This document shows, one piece after another, positions 37,122-46,999 of a stretch of DNA of 64,000 nt; the first letter of the stretch is position 1, and the number at the start of each line of letters is the position of its first letter. The stretch comes from Deltaproteobacteria bacterium. Lineage in GTDB: Bacteria > Myxococcota_A > UBA9160 > UBA6930. The stretch covers positions 6,315 through 70,314 of the forward strand of contig JAPPPQ010000059.1 in the NCBI GenBank assembly GCA_028817435.1. The letters run 5' to 3'. The translations under genes and the position numbers were made by a program. The notes beneath the pieces are model-generated. The model saw only the letters and a program-made list of their open reading frames with translations, did not search any database and was not told the DNA's origin.

Positions 37122-39563
37122 ATGCCGAAAATGCCCTCGATTCGCAGGCTCTCGGAGAGCGCCGCCGGGGCGGCCTTTGGCGCGGCGCTGGCCGTGATGC
37201 TGGCACCTGCGGCGCTCGCCCAGCAGGCCGCGCAGGCCCCGGGGGGAGAGGAGGCGCGCGGCGGGGCGATTGAGGAGATCATCGTCACGGCCACGCGCCG
37301 GGCGGACAACCTGCAGAATGTGGCGGGGGCCATCACGGCCTTCGGGGCGCAGGCCATTGAGCGCGACCGCATCTACGGGCTTGAGGATGTGGCCTCGCGC
37401 ACGCCGGGCTTTCTGATCGGGCAGCAATCGCCGGCCGCGCCGGAGCTGACGATTCGCGGCATCGGCTCCGATGACCGCGAGGCGGGCAGCGACCGCTCGG
37501 TGGTGCTGTTTGTGGACGAGGTCTATATCGGCCGCGCTGGCGGCAGCGCCCTGGATTTCTTCGATCTGGAGCGCATTGAGGTGTTGCGCGGGCCGCAGGG
37601 AACGCTCTGGGGGCGCAATGTGGTGGGTGGCGCGGTCAATCTGGTAACGCGCAAGCCGGGGCCGGACCCCTACGCGCGGCTCAGCATCGGCGCGGGCAAC
37701 TACGATCTGCTGGAAGGCCGGGGCGTGATCAACCGGCCGCTCGGAGGCGACCTTGCGGCCAAGCTCTCGTTCAGCTTCCGCGACCGCGACGGATATTCGC
37801 GCAACACCGTCTTCGATGAGGATGTGGACGGCGGCAACAACGCCAGCCTGCGCGGCCAACTGCGCTACGGCGGCGAAAGGCTCACCGCCCTCTTCACGGC
37901 CGATTACAACACCGAGCAGGTGGACGGCATCAGCTCCAAGCCGGATCCGGTGGGGGGCGCCTTCAATGTTACAGGCCGCGGGTCGCAGCTCCTGCCGGAC
38001 ATCCGGCTGGTGGGCAACAACATCGTTGGCGAATTGGACCGCCATATCTACGGCGCAACGCTGCGGCTGGATTACGAGACGAGCGCCGCGGTGTGGACCT
38101 CGCTCACCAGCTTCCGCCGCGTGGCCTTCGAGGTGCAGCGCGATATTGCCGGCGCCACGCTGAGCGGCGGCAGCCCGGGGCAGAACTTGGGATTCGCCTC
38201 CATTGCGCTGAACGACGAGGCTTCCAACACCTTCTCGCAGGAACTGCGAGTCTCTTCGCCCTCCGATGCGGGGGCGTGGGAGTGGACCGTCGGCGTGTTC
38301 TACCTGTTTGAGGATATTGAGCGCGACCAGATTCGCGACCGAAATCTGACACGGACCCGGCCGTCGGCAATAACGATCAATGGAGTGAGTCATCCCACCC
38401 CGGCAGGGGAGTGCGATCTGGGCATGACGCACCCCACAAACCCGCAGCCGGCGTGGCTGCCGGTGGATGGTTCCTGCCGCACTGTCTCTCGCCCGCTCTT
38501 CGATCAGGCGATTGAAGCGACCAGCTACGCGGCCTTCGCCCAGGCGACCTGGGCGGCCGCCGAGCGCTTCCGCATCACCCTCGGCGGGCGTTACACCAGT
38601 GACTCCAAAGACTTCGATCTAGAGGTGAGCAGCACACGGGAGCGGCTGCCGCGCGGAGATGCCAACTTCGGCGATCCCGCCGCCTTGAACGCAGTGAACT
38701 CGTTGAACCCCGCAGGTGAAGAATTCACCCTGTCCGTTGATGACAGTTGGAGCGCCTTCACCCCAAAGCTCACCCTGGATTACCAGTTGGCAGAAAATGT
38801 GCTGGCCTATGTGACCGCCTCCCGGGGTTACAAGAGTGGTGGATTCAACGGCTTGGGGCCGAGCGAGGAGGAAGCCAGAAAATCCTTCGATCCGGAATAC
38901 GCATGGAATTATGAAATCGGCGTCAAGTCGCAATTTTTCGCCGACCGGCTGCGCTTCAATCTGGCCGGCTTCCGCATGGACTTCGAGGATCTGCAGCTTC
39001 GCCGGCGCATTCTCCGCGTGCCGGGCGACGACGCCAGCGCGGTGGTGATAGTCTTCAACGCCGCCGAGGCCGAGATCATTGGCGCGGAGCTGGAGATGGT
39101 GTTCGCGCCTTCCCCCAACTTGATTTTGTCGGGCAGCTACTCCTTCCTCGATACCGAGGCCACCCGATTCACCGACATAGCCGATGACCGCTTCACCGGC
39201 ACGCAGTTGCCCCGCGCGCCGGAGAGCGCCTTCACGCTGGCGGCGGAATACAGCATTCCGCTGCGGGCGGGCGAGCTCAGCCTGCGCGGCGAATACCGCC
39301 AGCGGGGAGATCACTGGTTTGGCATCGGCGAACTCACCCACCGCAGCGGCGTTCGCGCCGGTTTTGAAGAGGCATACGGAATCTTCGACGCCAGCCTCAC
39401 CTACACCCCCAATGGCGAGGGCTTGGGCTTCGCCATCTGGGCCAAGAACCTCACCGACGAGGAATATCGGAGCCATGTGCAACCGATTTCAAGCGGTGCA
39501 GGGGGCATCACCCGTTACGGCGATCCTGCAACCTGGGGCGCCACGCTGACCTGGAGTTACTGA
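37122..39563 (+). CDS. TonB-dependent receptor
   Basis: IEEIIVTATRR TonB box, ERIEVLRGPQGTLWGRN, GYKSGGFN; terminal aromatic residue (WSY). Confidence 0.93.
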   Translation: MPKMPSIRRLSESAAGAAFGAALAVMLAPAALAQQAAQAPGGEEARGGAIEEIIVTATRRADNLQNVAGAITAFGAQAIERDRIYGLEDVASRTPGFLIGQQSPAAPELTIRGIGSDDREAGSDRSVVLFVDEVYIGRAGGSALDFFDLERIEVLRGPQGTLWGRNVVGGAVNLVTRKPGPDPYARLSIGAGNYDLLEGRGVINRPLGGDLAAKLSFSFRDRDGYSRNTVFDEDVDGGNNASLRGQLRYGGERLTALFTADYNTEQVDGISSKPDPVGGAFNVTGRGSQLLPDIRLVGNNIVGELDRHIYGATLRLDYETSAAVWTSLTSFRRVAFEVQRDIAGATLSGGSPGQNLGFASIALNDEASNTFSQELRVSSPSDAGAWEWTVGVFYLFEDIERDQIRDRNLTRTRPSAITINGVSHPTPAGECDLGMTHPTNPQPAWLPVDGSCRTVSRPLFDQAIEATSYAAFAQATWAAAERFRITLGGRYTSDSKDFDLEVSSTRERLPRGDANFGDPAALNAVNSLNPAGEEFTLSVDDSWSAFTPKLTLDYQLAENVLAYVTASRGYKSGGFNGLGPSEEEARKSFDPEYAWNYEIGVKSQFFADRLRFNLAGFRMDFEDLQLRRRILRVPGDDASAVVIVFNAAEAEIIGAELEMVFAPSPNLILSGSYSFLDTEATRFTDIADDRFTGTQLPRAPESAFTLAAEYSIPLRAGELSLRGEYRQRGDHWFGIGELTHRSGVRAGFEEAYGIFDASLTYTPNGEGLGFAIWAKNLTDEEYRSHVQPISSGAGGITRYGDPATWGATLTWSY

Positions 39564-39580
39564 ACTGCTGAGCTACTGAG

Positions 39581-40603
39581 GTGCATTTGCGGCTGCTGCT
39601 CACACTACTGCTGTTGCTCTCTGCGCTTCCGGCGCTGGCGGGGGAGCCGCGGGTCTTCCGCATCTCTCTCGACACGGGGCCGAACCACCTGCGCAACCAT
39701 GTGGTGGAGCGCTTTGCAGAATCGCTGCGCGCGGCGGCGGGCGAGCGGCTGGATGTGCAGGTCTTTCACTCCGGCCAACTGGGCAAGGGCCGCGATGTGC
39801 CGAAGGCGCTGATCTGGGGCAGCGCGCACATGGGCGTGCCGGTCATGCAGCACTTGGCGCGCTATGTCCCCGATGCCAATCTGTTCGGGCTGCCCGTCTT
39901 CTACGGCGCGGGCAGCGATGCCGTTTGGCGTCTTGCCGAAACCAGCGCCAACGCGCGCATCACCCAGACCATTGAGCGCAAGCTGCGGGTGAAGGTGCTC
40001 GTCCCCTATCTGGAGCTCGGCGAGACCACGCTGTTCACCAGCCACCCGGTGCGCTCGCCTGCGGATTACGCGGGGCTCAAGATCCGCAGCATTGGCGGCG
40101 CGGCGGTGCCGGTGCGGTTGCGGCGGCTCGGCGCGAACCCCGTCACGCTGCCTTTTGCCGATGTGCCGCTGGCGCTGGGGCAGGGCGCGCTGGACGGCAT
40201 TATCAGCACCTACGAAAGCGTGCGCAGCGGGCAGCTCTGGCAGGTGGGGCTGAACCACGCATTCGAAGACCGGGGCGAGGCGGTGCTCTACGCGCCCATG
40301 GTGGGCATCGAAACCTGGCGCGCGCTGCCGCCGGATCTGCGCCGCGCGCTGCAAAGCGCCTGGGCCGAAGCGGCGGCCGACAGCCGCGCGCTTTCGGCGC
40401 GGCGGCAGTCATCGGCGCGGCAGGCGTTCATTGACGCGGGTGGCGCAGTCGCCCGCGCCGATGCCGCGCAGTTGGCAGATTTGCGCCGCCGCATGCGCGC
40501 CGATGCCGCGCAGTTGCTGCGCGAACTGCACATGAGTCCCGCACTGCTGAGCGCCGCGCTCGGCGAAGGAGACGGCCATGGAGCGCCGCCTGCGCCTCGC
40601 TGA
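39581..40603 (+). CDS. dctP: TRAP transporter substrate-binding protein
   Basis: Signal peptide; VQVFHSGQLG, DYAGLKIR, LGANPVTLPFADVPLALGQGALDG. Confidence 0.88.
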   Translation: MHLRLLLTLLLLLSALPALAGEPRVFRISLDTGPNHLRNHVVERFAESLRAAAGERLDVQVFHSGQLGKGRDVPKALIWGSAHMGVPVMQHLARYVPDANLFGLPVFYGAGSDAVWRLAETSANARITQTIERKLRVKVLVPYLELGETTLFTSHPVRSPADYAGLKIRSIGGAAVPVRLRRLGANPVTLPFADVPLALGQGALDGIISTYESVRSGQLWQVGLNHAFEDRGEAVLYAPMVGIETWRALPPDLRRALQSAWAEAAADSRALSARRQSSARQAFIDAGGAVARADAAQLADLRRRMRADAAQLLRELHMSPALLSAALGEGDGHGAPPAPR

Positions 40604-41135
40604 GGATTGGGCCATCGGCGTGCTGGCGCTGGCCGCTCTCGGCATCGCGCTCTACGGAACGCTCACGCGCTATATGCTGCCGCACTTCGCAGCAGATTGG
40701 AGCGAAGAGGCATTTGTCTATGCCGTCATTTGGGCAATCTGGCTCTCGGGCGGCCGGCTCGTGGTTACGGGCGGCCATGTCCGCTCGGACTGGCTGCTGC
40801 GCGTGCTGGGCGGCCGCGCTGCCCGCGCGTTGGAAGCCCTGCACTCCACGCTGGGTTTCGCTTTCTGCATTGCGTTCTGCTTCTTTGGCTTCGATGTGGT
40901 GCGGCTGGCGCTGCAGTTGAACGAGCGCAGCGACAGCACCCTGCACTTTCCCATGGCGCTCTACTACCTGGCCATGCCGGTGGGGTTGCTGCTGATGGCC
41001 GCGCGCTACGCCACGCATTTGCGCGGCGTGCTGCGCGGCCAAACCTTGCCCACCGCGCCGCTTGCGCCGGGAGCGCCGGTCGAGCCAATCGCCCCGCCCG
41101 ATCCGCCTGCGCCGCCCGGCGCGGAGTCCCGCTGA
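40578..41135 (+). CDS. dctQ: TRAP transporter small permease
   Basis: RY...WSEE and GHVRSD motifs; about four TMs; lies between dctP and dctM. Confidence 0.85.
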   Translation: MERRLRLAEDWAIGVLALAALGIALYGTLTRYMLPHFAADWSEEAFVYAVIWAIWLSGGRLVVTGGHVRSDWLLRVLGGRAARALEALHSTLGFAFCIAFCFFGFDVVRLALQLNERSDSTLHFPMALYYLAMPVGLLLMAARYATHLRGVLRGQTLPTAPLAPGAPVEPIAPPDPPAPPGAESR

Positions 41136-42385
41136 TGCTCGCGGCGCTGCTCTTCCTGCTGCTGGCCAGCGCGGGCGTTTCCATTTACCTCGCGCTCGGC
41201 ATCAGCAGCGCGCTGCTCTTTGCGGCAGATGGCGAGAGCCTGTCGGGCTTCGTGCAGGTCATTGTGGACCGGCTGAACTCGCAGACTCTCATGGCGGTTC
41301 CCTTCTTTGTGATAGCCGCCACCTTTATGCGGCGCGGCGGCATGGCCCGCACGCTGGTGGAGCTCGCCGATGCCAGTGTCGGCGGGCTGCCCGGCGGCTT
41401 GGCGCTGGTGGCCATTTTCGCCGCAACCCTGTTCGCGGCAATTTCCGGCTCCTCGCTGGCCACCGCCATGGCCATGGGAACGCTGCTGATTCCCGAAATG
41501 CTGCGGCAATCCTACGACCGCAAATTTGCCGTCGGCGTGGTGGGCGCATCGGGAACCCTCGGCATTCTCATTCCGCCCAGCCTGGCGCTGATTGTCTTCG
41601 GCGTGGTGGCCGAACAGTCTGTGCCCAAGCTCTTTTTGGCCGGCGTCGTGCCGGGTTTGCTGCAGGCCGCGCTGTTTGCGCTGCTCGTGGTGTTCCGAAT
41701 GCGCAACCACCCGCTGCCCCCGCGCACCACGCGGCGCGCGCCCCTGCGCCGCGCATTGCCGGCGCTGGGCCTGCCCGCATTCGCCATGGGCGGCATTTAC
41801 AGCGGGCTGGTCACCGTCACCGAGGCGGCGGCGCTGCTGGCGGCCCTTGCCATTGCCGCCGGGCTGGCCTCCCGGAGCATCCGCCCCGGCGAAGTCGTGC
41901 CGCTGCTGGCCGACGCCATGCGCACCTGCGCCGGGCTCATTCTGATCGTCGCCTTCGCCATGGCGCTGGGCCACTGGATCACCATCTCGCAAATTCCGGC
42001 GCGGCTGGTGGAGGCCAGCGCCGGACTCGAGCTTTCTGCCTGGCAATTCCTGCTTCTGATGAACCTGGTCATGCTGCTGCTCGGCGCAGTGCTGGAAGTG
42101 CTGTCGGTGATTCTCATCACCGTGCCCATCGTCCTGCCGCTGTTGCCCGAATTCGGAATCGACCCCATCCACTACGCCATTATTGTTGTGGTCAACATGG
42201 AATTGGCGCTGCTCACGCCTCCTATTGGCTTGAACCTCTTTGTGCTCTCCGGAATCTCCAAAGCGCCGCTGTCCGAAGTGATTCGCGGCGTTGCGCCTTT
42301 TTCAATTGTGCTCGGAGCGCTGCTGCTGCTGGTCACTTTTGTGCCGCTGCTGACTCTGACGCTGCCCAAGTGGGTATTCGGCTGA
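41135..42385 (+). CDS. dctM: TRAP transporter large permease
   Basis: LMAVPFF, FAAISGSS.AT, GTLGILIPPS, GIDPIHY and LTPPIGLNLF. Confidence 0.92.
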   Translation: MLAALLFLLLASAGVSIYLALGISSALLFAADGESLSGFVQVIVDRLNSQTLMAVPFFVIAATFMRRGGMARTLVELADASVGGLPGGLALVAIFAATLFAAISGSSLATAMAMGTLLIPEMLRQSYDRKFAVGVVGASGTLGILIPPSLALIVFGVVAEQSVPKLFLAGVVPGLLQAALFALLVVFRMRNHPLPPRTTRRAPLRRALPALGLPAFAMGGIYSGLVTVTEAAALLAALAIAAGLASRSIRPGEVVPLLADAMRTCAGLILIVAFAMALGHWITISQIPARLVEASAGLELSAWQFLLLMNLVMLLLGAVLEVLSVILITVPIVLPLLPEFGIDPIHYAIIVVVNMELALLTPPIGLNLFVLSGISKAPLSEVIRGVAPFSIVLGALLLLVTFVPLLTLTLPKWVFG

Positions 42386-42458
42386 ATCTGCGCTCAACTG
42401 CACTCCCGCTCCTTGCTCCGAGCACGCCCATAACAATGAAGAACAGAAAGGAGGCATC

Positions 42459-43667
42459 ATGCCGCTGCCGCTCAGCGGCCTGCGCGTGCTTGCGGTGGAA
42501 CAGTATGGCGCGGGCCCTTTCGGCACGCAGTTTCTCGCCCAACTGGGGGCCGAGGTCATCAAAATCGAAAGCCCGGATGGCGGCGATGTCTCGCGCTCGC
42601 TGGGTCCCTACTACGCAGAAGGCGTGGCGCCGGACGCCGCGAGCCTGTTCTTTCAGAGCTTCAACCACAACAAGAAGAGCATCACGCTGAATTTGAAAGC
42701 GGCAGAGGGCCGCGAGGTCTTCGCCCGGCTGGCCGCGGGCGCAGACGCCGTGGCCTGCAACCTGCGCGGCGATGTTCCCGCGCGCCTGGGACTCACCTAC
42801 CCGCAGCTCAAGCGCCACAACCCGCGGCTGGTTTGCGCGCACCTTACGGCCTACGGGCGCAGCGGCGCGCGCGCCGCCTGGCCCGGCTACGATTACATGA
42901 TGCAGGCCGAAGCCGGCTACTTCATGCTCACCGGCGAGCCGGAAACGCCGCCCGCGCGCTTCGGCCTTTCGGTAATTGACTTCATGACCGGACTCGGCAT
43001 GGCCTATGCGCTCACCGCCGCGCTGCTCTCCGCGCAGCGCGACGGCGTGGGCCGCGATGTGGATATCAGCCTCTTCGATATGGCGCTCTACAACCTGAAT
43101 TATCTGGCGCTGTGGTTTCTGAACGCGGGCCACGCGCAGCAGCGCGCGCCGCGCTCCGCCCACGCCTCGCTCACCCCCTGCCAGCTTTACCGCAGCCGCG
43201 ATGGCTGGATTTACCTGATGTGCAACAAAGAGAAATTCTGGCCGCTGCTCTGCGAATACATCGGCCGCCCGGAGCTGGCCGCCGACCCGCGCTTTGCAAA
43301 TTTCTCAAAGCGCCTTGAGAACCGCGCGCTGCTCACAGAGCTGCTCGACGCAGAACTCGCAAAGCGCAGCACCGCCGAGTGGTTGCGGCATTTTGATGGC
43401 GCGGTGCCCGCCGCGCCCGTCAACGACCTTCGCCAGGCGCTCGAGAATCCCTTCGCCGCGCAGTCGGGCCTGTTCTGCGATCTGCCGCTGGGCAATGCCG
43501 AATCCGGCGCCGGCGCGCTGCGCATTCTGGCCAACCCGGTGCGCTGCGGCGAAACACTGCCGCCCGCGCCCGCGCCCCGGCTTGGCGAGCACACCGATTC
43601 GGTGCTACGGGAAGCGGGCTTCGACGACTCCACATTACAACGGTTGCGCGCCGGGAAAGTGATTTGA
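42459..43667 (+). CDS. CaiB/BaiF family (class III) CoA transferase
   Basis: PLSGLRVL...GAGPF, LGAEVIKIE, NKKSITLNLK, PGYD and APRLGEHT. Confidence 0.92.
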   Translation: MPLPLSGLRVLAVEQYGAGPFGTQFLAQLGAEVIKIESPDGGDVSRSLGPYYAEGVAPDAASLFFQSFNHNKKSITLNLKAAEGREVFARLAAGADAVACNLRGDVPARLGLTYPQLKRHNPRLVCAHLTAYGRSGARAAWPGYDYMMQAEAGYFMLTGEPETPPARFGLSVIDFMTGLGMAYALTAALLSAQRDGVGRDVDISLFDMALYNLNYLALWFLNAGHAQQRAPRSAHASLTPCQLYRSRDGWIYLMCNKEKFWPLLCEYIGRPELAADPRFANFSKRLENRALLTELLDAELAKRSTAEWLRHFDGAVPAAPVNDLRQALENPFAAQSGLFCDLPLGNAESGAGALRILANPVRCGETLPPAPAPRLGEHTDSVLREAGFDDSTLQRLRAGKVI

Positions 43668-44461
43668 CGCAGCGGCCCACGCCCCCCCAGGTCCGCACCA
43701 GGCGGCCGGTTTACCGCCGCATCGCCGACGAACTGCAGGCGGCCATCGAGAGCGGCGGCTACCCCATCGGCGCGACACTGCCCACCGAGTCCGAGCTCTG
43801 CCAGCACTTCGGCGTGAGCCGCCACACCATCCGCTCGGCGCTGCGCTTGCTCGACGAAGCCGGGCTCACCGCGCGCCGCCACGGCTCCGGCACCGTCGTC
43901 ATTTCCGACACCGGCGGGCGCGATTACGAATTTGTGCAGGTGGTGAACACCGTGGACCACCTGCGGCGCGTGCACCGCGAAATGCGCCTTGAGGTCCTCG
44001 AAACCGGCAGCGATCCGCCGCCCCGCGATCTCGCCACGCGCTTCGGCTTCCGCGCCGCCGGAGACTGGCGCTCGCTCGTGGGGCTTCGCATGGGCAAGCG
44101 CATCGGGCGCGTGGCGCTGGCCGTCGGCTTGGCGCGGGTCTATCTGCGCGCGCAGCTCAATTTCGATATGAGCGAGCTGGCTGCAGCCGGCCTGAGCTTC
44201 TTCGACACCATCGAAGAGCAGAGCGACACGCGTTGCACGCGGGTGCACCAGGAAATTTCGGCGCAGGCGCTTTCTGCGGTAGATGCCGAGCGGCTCGGAA
44301 TCGAAGCCGGCGCGCCCGCGCTGCGCATCGCCCGCGTCTATCACGACGAAGCCGAGCTGGTCTTCCTGGTTTCGGACACGCTGCACCCGGCAGATCTCTT
44401 CCGGCTGCATATGAACTTTCACCGCCGTGCTGCGCCGCCTCAGTCTTCGCCGGAGATATAG
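43664..44461 (+). CDS. GntR/HutC-family regulator (wHTH + UTRA)
   Basis: YRRIADEL, LPTESELCQHFGVSRHTIRSAL, RHGSGT and C-terminal UTRA-like ALRIARVY. Confidence 0.9.
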   Translation: MTQRPTPPQVRTRRPVYRRIADELQAAIESGGYPIGATLPTESELCQHFGVSRHTIRSALRLLDEAGLTARRHGSGTVVISDTGGRDYEFVQVVNTVDHLRRVHREMRLEVLETGSDPPPRDLATRFGFRAAGDWRSLVGLRMGKRIGRVALAVGLARVYLRAQLNFDMSELAAAGLSFFDTIEEQSDTRCTRVHQEISAQALSAVDAERLGIEAGAPALRIARVYHDEAELVFLVSDTLHPADLFRLHMNFHRRAAPPQSSPEI

Positions 44462-45591
44462 CGCCCGGTGTGTTCGCCCAGGCCGGGGCCGCGCCCCGGC
44501 GAAGGACGGCGGCCGTTCAGGCGAATCGGAAAGCCCAGCATCTGCAGACCATCGGGCCGCGCCGGGTGCGCCACCTGCTCAATCATGTCCACCTCGCCCA
44601 CAAAGGGATTCGCAAGCGCTTCGGCCAGGCTGTTCACCGTTGCAATGGGAACGCTGTCGGCGAGCTTCTCAATCCAGTGGGCCACCGGCGCTTCGCCGAG
44701 CAGCGCTTCAATTTCTTCCTGCAGCGCCGCGCGGTTTTCGCCCCGCGCCTGTTCCGAGGCAAAGCGCGGATCTTCCAGCCAATCGCGGCGGCCCATGCGC
44801 TCGCAAAAGCGCTGCCAGAACATCGGCGTCTGGCACATCAAAAACAGCCAGCCATCTTGCGCGCGGAAGAGCTGGCTCGGGGCGATGGTGGGATGCGCCG
44901 AGCGCGGGCGGCGCGGCGTCGAATCTCCCGCATTCAATTGCCAGGTTGCCGGGTAGGAGAGCTGGTGCAGCGCGACATCGAAGAGCGACACATCCACATC
45001 GCCGCCCACTCCCGTGCGGCGGCTCTGCGTAACCGCCGCCAGCAGGCCCAGCGCAAACACCGCGCCGGTCATAAAGTCCACCATCGAAAGCCCGAAGCGG
45101 GTGGGCGGCGCGTCCGGCTCGCCGGTCAGGCTCAGAAAGCCCGCCTCGGCCTGCATGAGATAATCGTAGCCGGGCCGCTTTTCGCGGCTGTTGCCGCGGC
45201 CGTAGGCGGAGAGGTGCGCGCAGACAATGCGCGGGTTGACCGGCGCAAGCGCCGCGTAGGTAAGGCCGAGCTTTTCCGGCTGGTCGCCGCGCAGGTTGTT
45301 CATCAGCGCATCCGCTTCCGCCGCAAGCTGCTGCAGCTTTTCGCGGCCGCCGGGCGCCTTCAGATCCAGGCACAGCGATTGCTTGCCGCGGTTGAAGGTC
45401 TGGAACATCTGGCTGTCTGCTTCGCCCAGCAGATGCGGCCCAAAGCGGCGGGAGTAATCTCCCCCGCTGGCCGGGCTCTCAATCTTCACCACCTCTGCGC
45501 CCAGGCCGGCCAGCAGCATGCTGCCGTAGGGGCCGGCCCCAAAGTGCTCCAGCGTGAGAATGCGCAGCCCCGCAAGCGGGTTCTGCAGCAT
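44440..45591 (-). CDS. CaiB/BaiF family (class III) CoA transferase
   Basis: PLAGLRIL...GAGPY, NRGKQSLCLDLK, PGYDYLMQAEAG; paralog of 42459-43667. Confidence 0.92.
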   Translation of the reverse strand: MLQNPLAGLRILTLEHFGAGPYGSMLLAGLGAEVVKIESPASGGDYSRRFGPHLLGEADSQMFQTFNRGKQSLCLDLKAPGGREKLQQLAAEADALMNNLRGDQPEKLGLTYAALAPVNPRIVCAHLSAYGRGNSREKRPGYDYLMQAEAGFLSLTGEPDAPPTRFGLSMVDFMTGAVFALGLLAAVTQSRRTGVGGDVDVSLFDVALHQLSYPATWQLNAGDSTPRRPRSAHPTIAPSQLFRAQDGWLFLMCQTPMFWQRFCERMGRRDWLEDPRFASEQARGENRAALQEEIEALLGEAPVAHWIEKLADSVPIATVNSLAEALANPFVGEVDMIEQVAHPARPDGLQMLGFPIRLNGRRPSPGRGPGLGEHTGRYISGED

Positions 45592-46112
45592 CAGTAGTGC
45601 TCCACTTTGTCGTCCACGGCGTGGCCCTCTTCGGGCATGAGCATATTGCGCTTGAAAGTGCAGACCATTTCGCCGCGCTGGTTGAAGCCCTGGGTGAGCA
45701 CCGTGACAATGCCCTGGCCGGGGCGCGACTTCGACTTGCGCTTGCCCAGCACCGTGCTTTCGGCGTAGAGCGTGTCGCCCACAAAGACCGGCGCGGTGAA
45801 CTTCACCTCGTCCATGCCCAGGTTGGCCAGCGCCTTTTGCGAGCAATCGCTCACGCTCATTCCGATCATCAGCGCCAGCGTGTAGGGGCTCACCACCAGG
45901 TTCTTCTTGAACTCCGAAGCCGCGGCGTAGGTGTTGTCGAAGTGGTGCGGATGGGTGTTCAGGGTGAGCAGGGTAAACAGGTGATTGTCATACTCGGTGA
46001 CCGTTTTGCCGGGGCGGTGTTCGTAGGTGTCGCCCACGGTGAATTGCTCGTAGTAGCGCCCGAAAGTCTCGCGGTAGCGATTCTCTCCGACCTGCTTCAT
46101 CCACTTGACCAT
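45591..46112 (-). CDS. MaoC-family acyl-CoA (de)hydratase
   Basis: GRYYEQFTVG...HRPGKTVTEYDN, NTHPHHF and FTAPVFVGDTL. Confidence 0.9.
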   Translation of the reverse strand: MVKWMKQVGENRYRETFGRYYEQFTVGDTYEHRPGKTVTEYDNHLFTLLTLNTHPHHFDNTYAAASEFKKNLVVSPYTLALMIGMSVSDCSQKALANLGMDEVKFTAPVFVGDTLYAESTVLGKRKSKSRPGQGIVTVLTQGFNQRGEMVCTFKRNMLMPEEGHAVDDKVEHY

Positions 46113-46114
46113 GT

Positions 46115-46954
46115 TCAGCTTCCTCCCGGTTCGCCAGCCGCGGCCAGCACTTGTTGCGCCCGCTTGAATACGGGCAATTCCACCAGCGCGCCATCCAGTT
46201 GACCGAGCCCGCCGCTCTGATAAGCCGCCACCACGCGGCGCGCGTGTGCAACTTCGCCGGCGCTGGGCGCAAGCGCGCGGTGAATGGGCTCAATTTGCCT
46301 GGGGTGAATAGCGCAGCGCGCGCGAATGCCCAGCGCGCGGCTGCGCCGCGTTTCGGCTTCGCAACCCTGCGCATCGTCCAGCGCCAGGTAGGGCACATCA
46401 AAGAGCGTTGCGCCGTTGGCGGCGCAGGCGCAGGCCAAACGCGAGCGCGCGTAGAGCAGCGCCTCCCAGGTGGTTTCGCAGCCCGCCTCGGCGGCGAAAT
46501 CCACCGCGCCGAACAGCACGCATTCCGCGCGGGGGTGGGCCGCAATCTCGTAAGCGCCTTCCAGCGCATCGGGCGATTCGATCAGCGGAAACAAAAAGCC
46601 GGCGCTGGGCGGCAGCACCTTGTCCAGCAGGCGCAGCTCTGCGGCGTGGCGCAGCTTCGGAATCATCACGAAATCTGCAGAGCAGGCGGGTTCGGCCAGG
46701 GCCAGCAGATCGGCCTGGCCGGCGGCGGTATGCAGCGCATTGATGCGCAGCCCCGCCGGCGGGCCGCCGCGCCGCCCGCCCAGCCAGGCCAGCACCGCCT
46801 TGCGCGCCTCCGGCTTGTCGGCTTCGGCCACGGCGTCCTCCAAATCCAGGCAAACCAGGTCGGCCCCGGCCCGGTGGGCCTTATTGAAGCGATCCGGCCG
46901 GGAGCCGGGGACGAAGAGCAGGCTGCGGTAGCTGCGGTGGGGAGCGGCGGCCAT
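46115..46954 (-). CDS. CitE/HpcH-like acyl-CoA lyase (citryl-/malyl-/citramalyl-CoA lyase family)
   Basis: RSLLFVPG, DLEDAV, PLIES, FGAVDF and AIHPRQI. Confidence 0.9.
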   Translation of the reverse strand: MAAAPHRSYRSLLFVPGSRPDRFNKAHRAGADLVCLDLEDAVAEADKPEARKAVLAWLGGRRGGPPAGLRINALHTAAGQADLLALAEPACSADFVMIPKLRHAAELRLLDKVLPPSAGFLFPLIESPDALEGAYEIAAHPRAECVLFGAVDFAAEAGCETTWEALLYARSRLACACAANGATLFDVPYLALDDAQGCEAETRRSRALGIRARCAIHPRQIEPIHRALAPSAGEVAHARRVVAAYQSGGLGQLDGALVELPVFKRAQQVLAAAGEPGGS

Positions 46955-46955
46955 A

Positions 46956-46971
46956 ATTTGTCCGGACATAT
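46956..46971. promoter_or_regulatory. Second copy of the operator (ATTTGTCCGGACATAT) upstream of the lyase operon
   Basis: 15/16 match to 37078-37093; overlaps a TAATAT -10-like hexamer on the minus strand. Confidence 0.7.
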
Positions 46972-46999
46972 TACAGCCCCGCCCGCCCCGCGCCACCCC

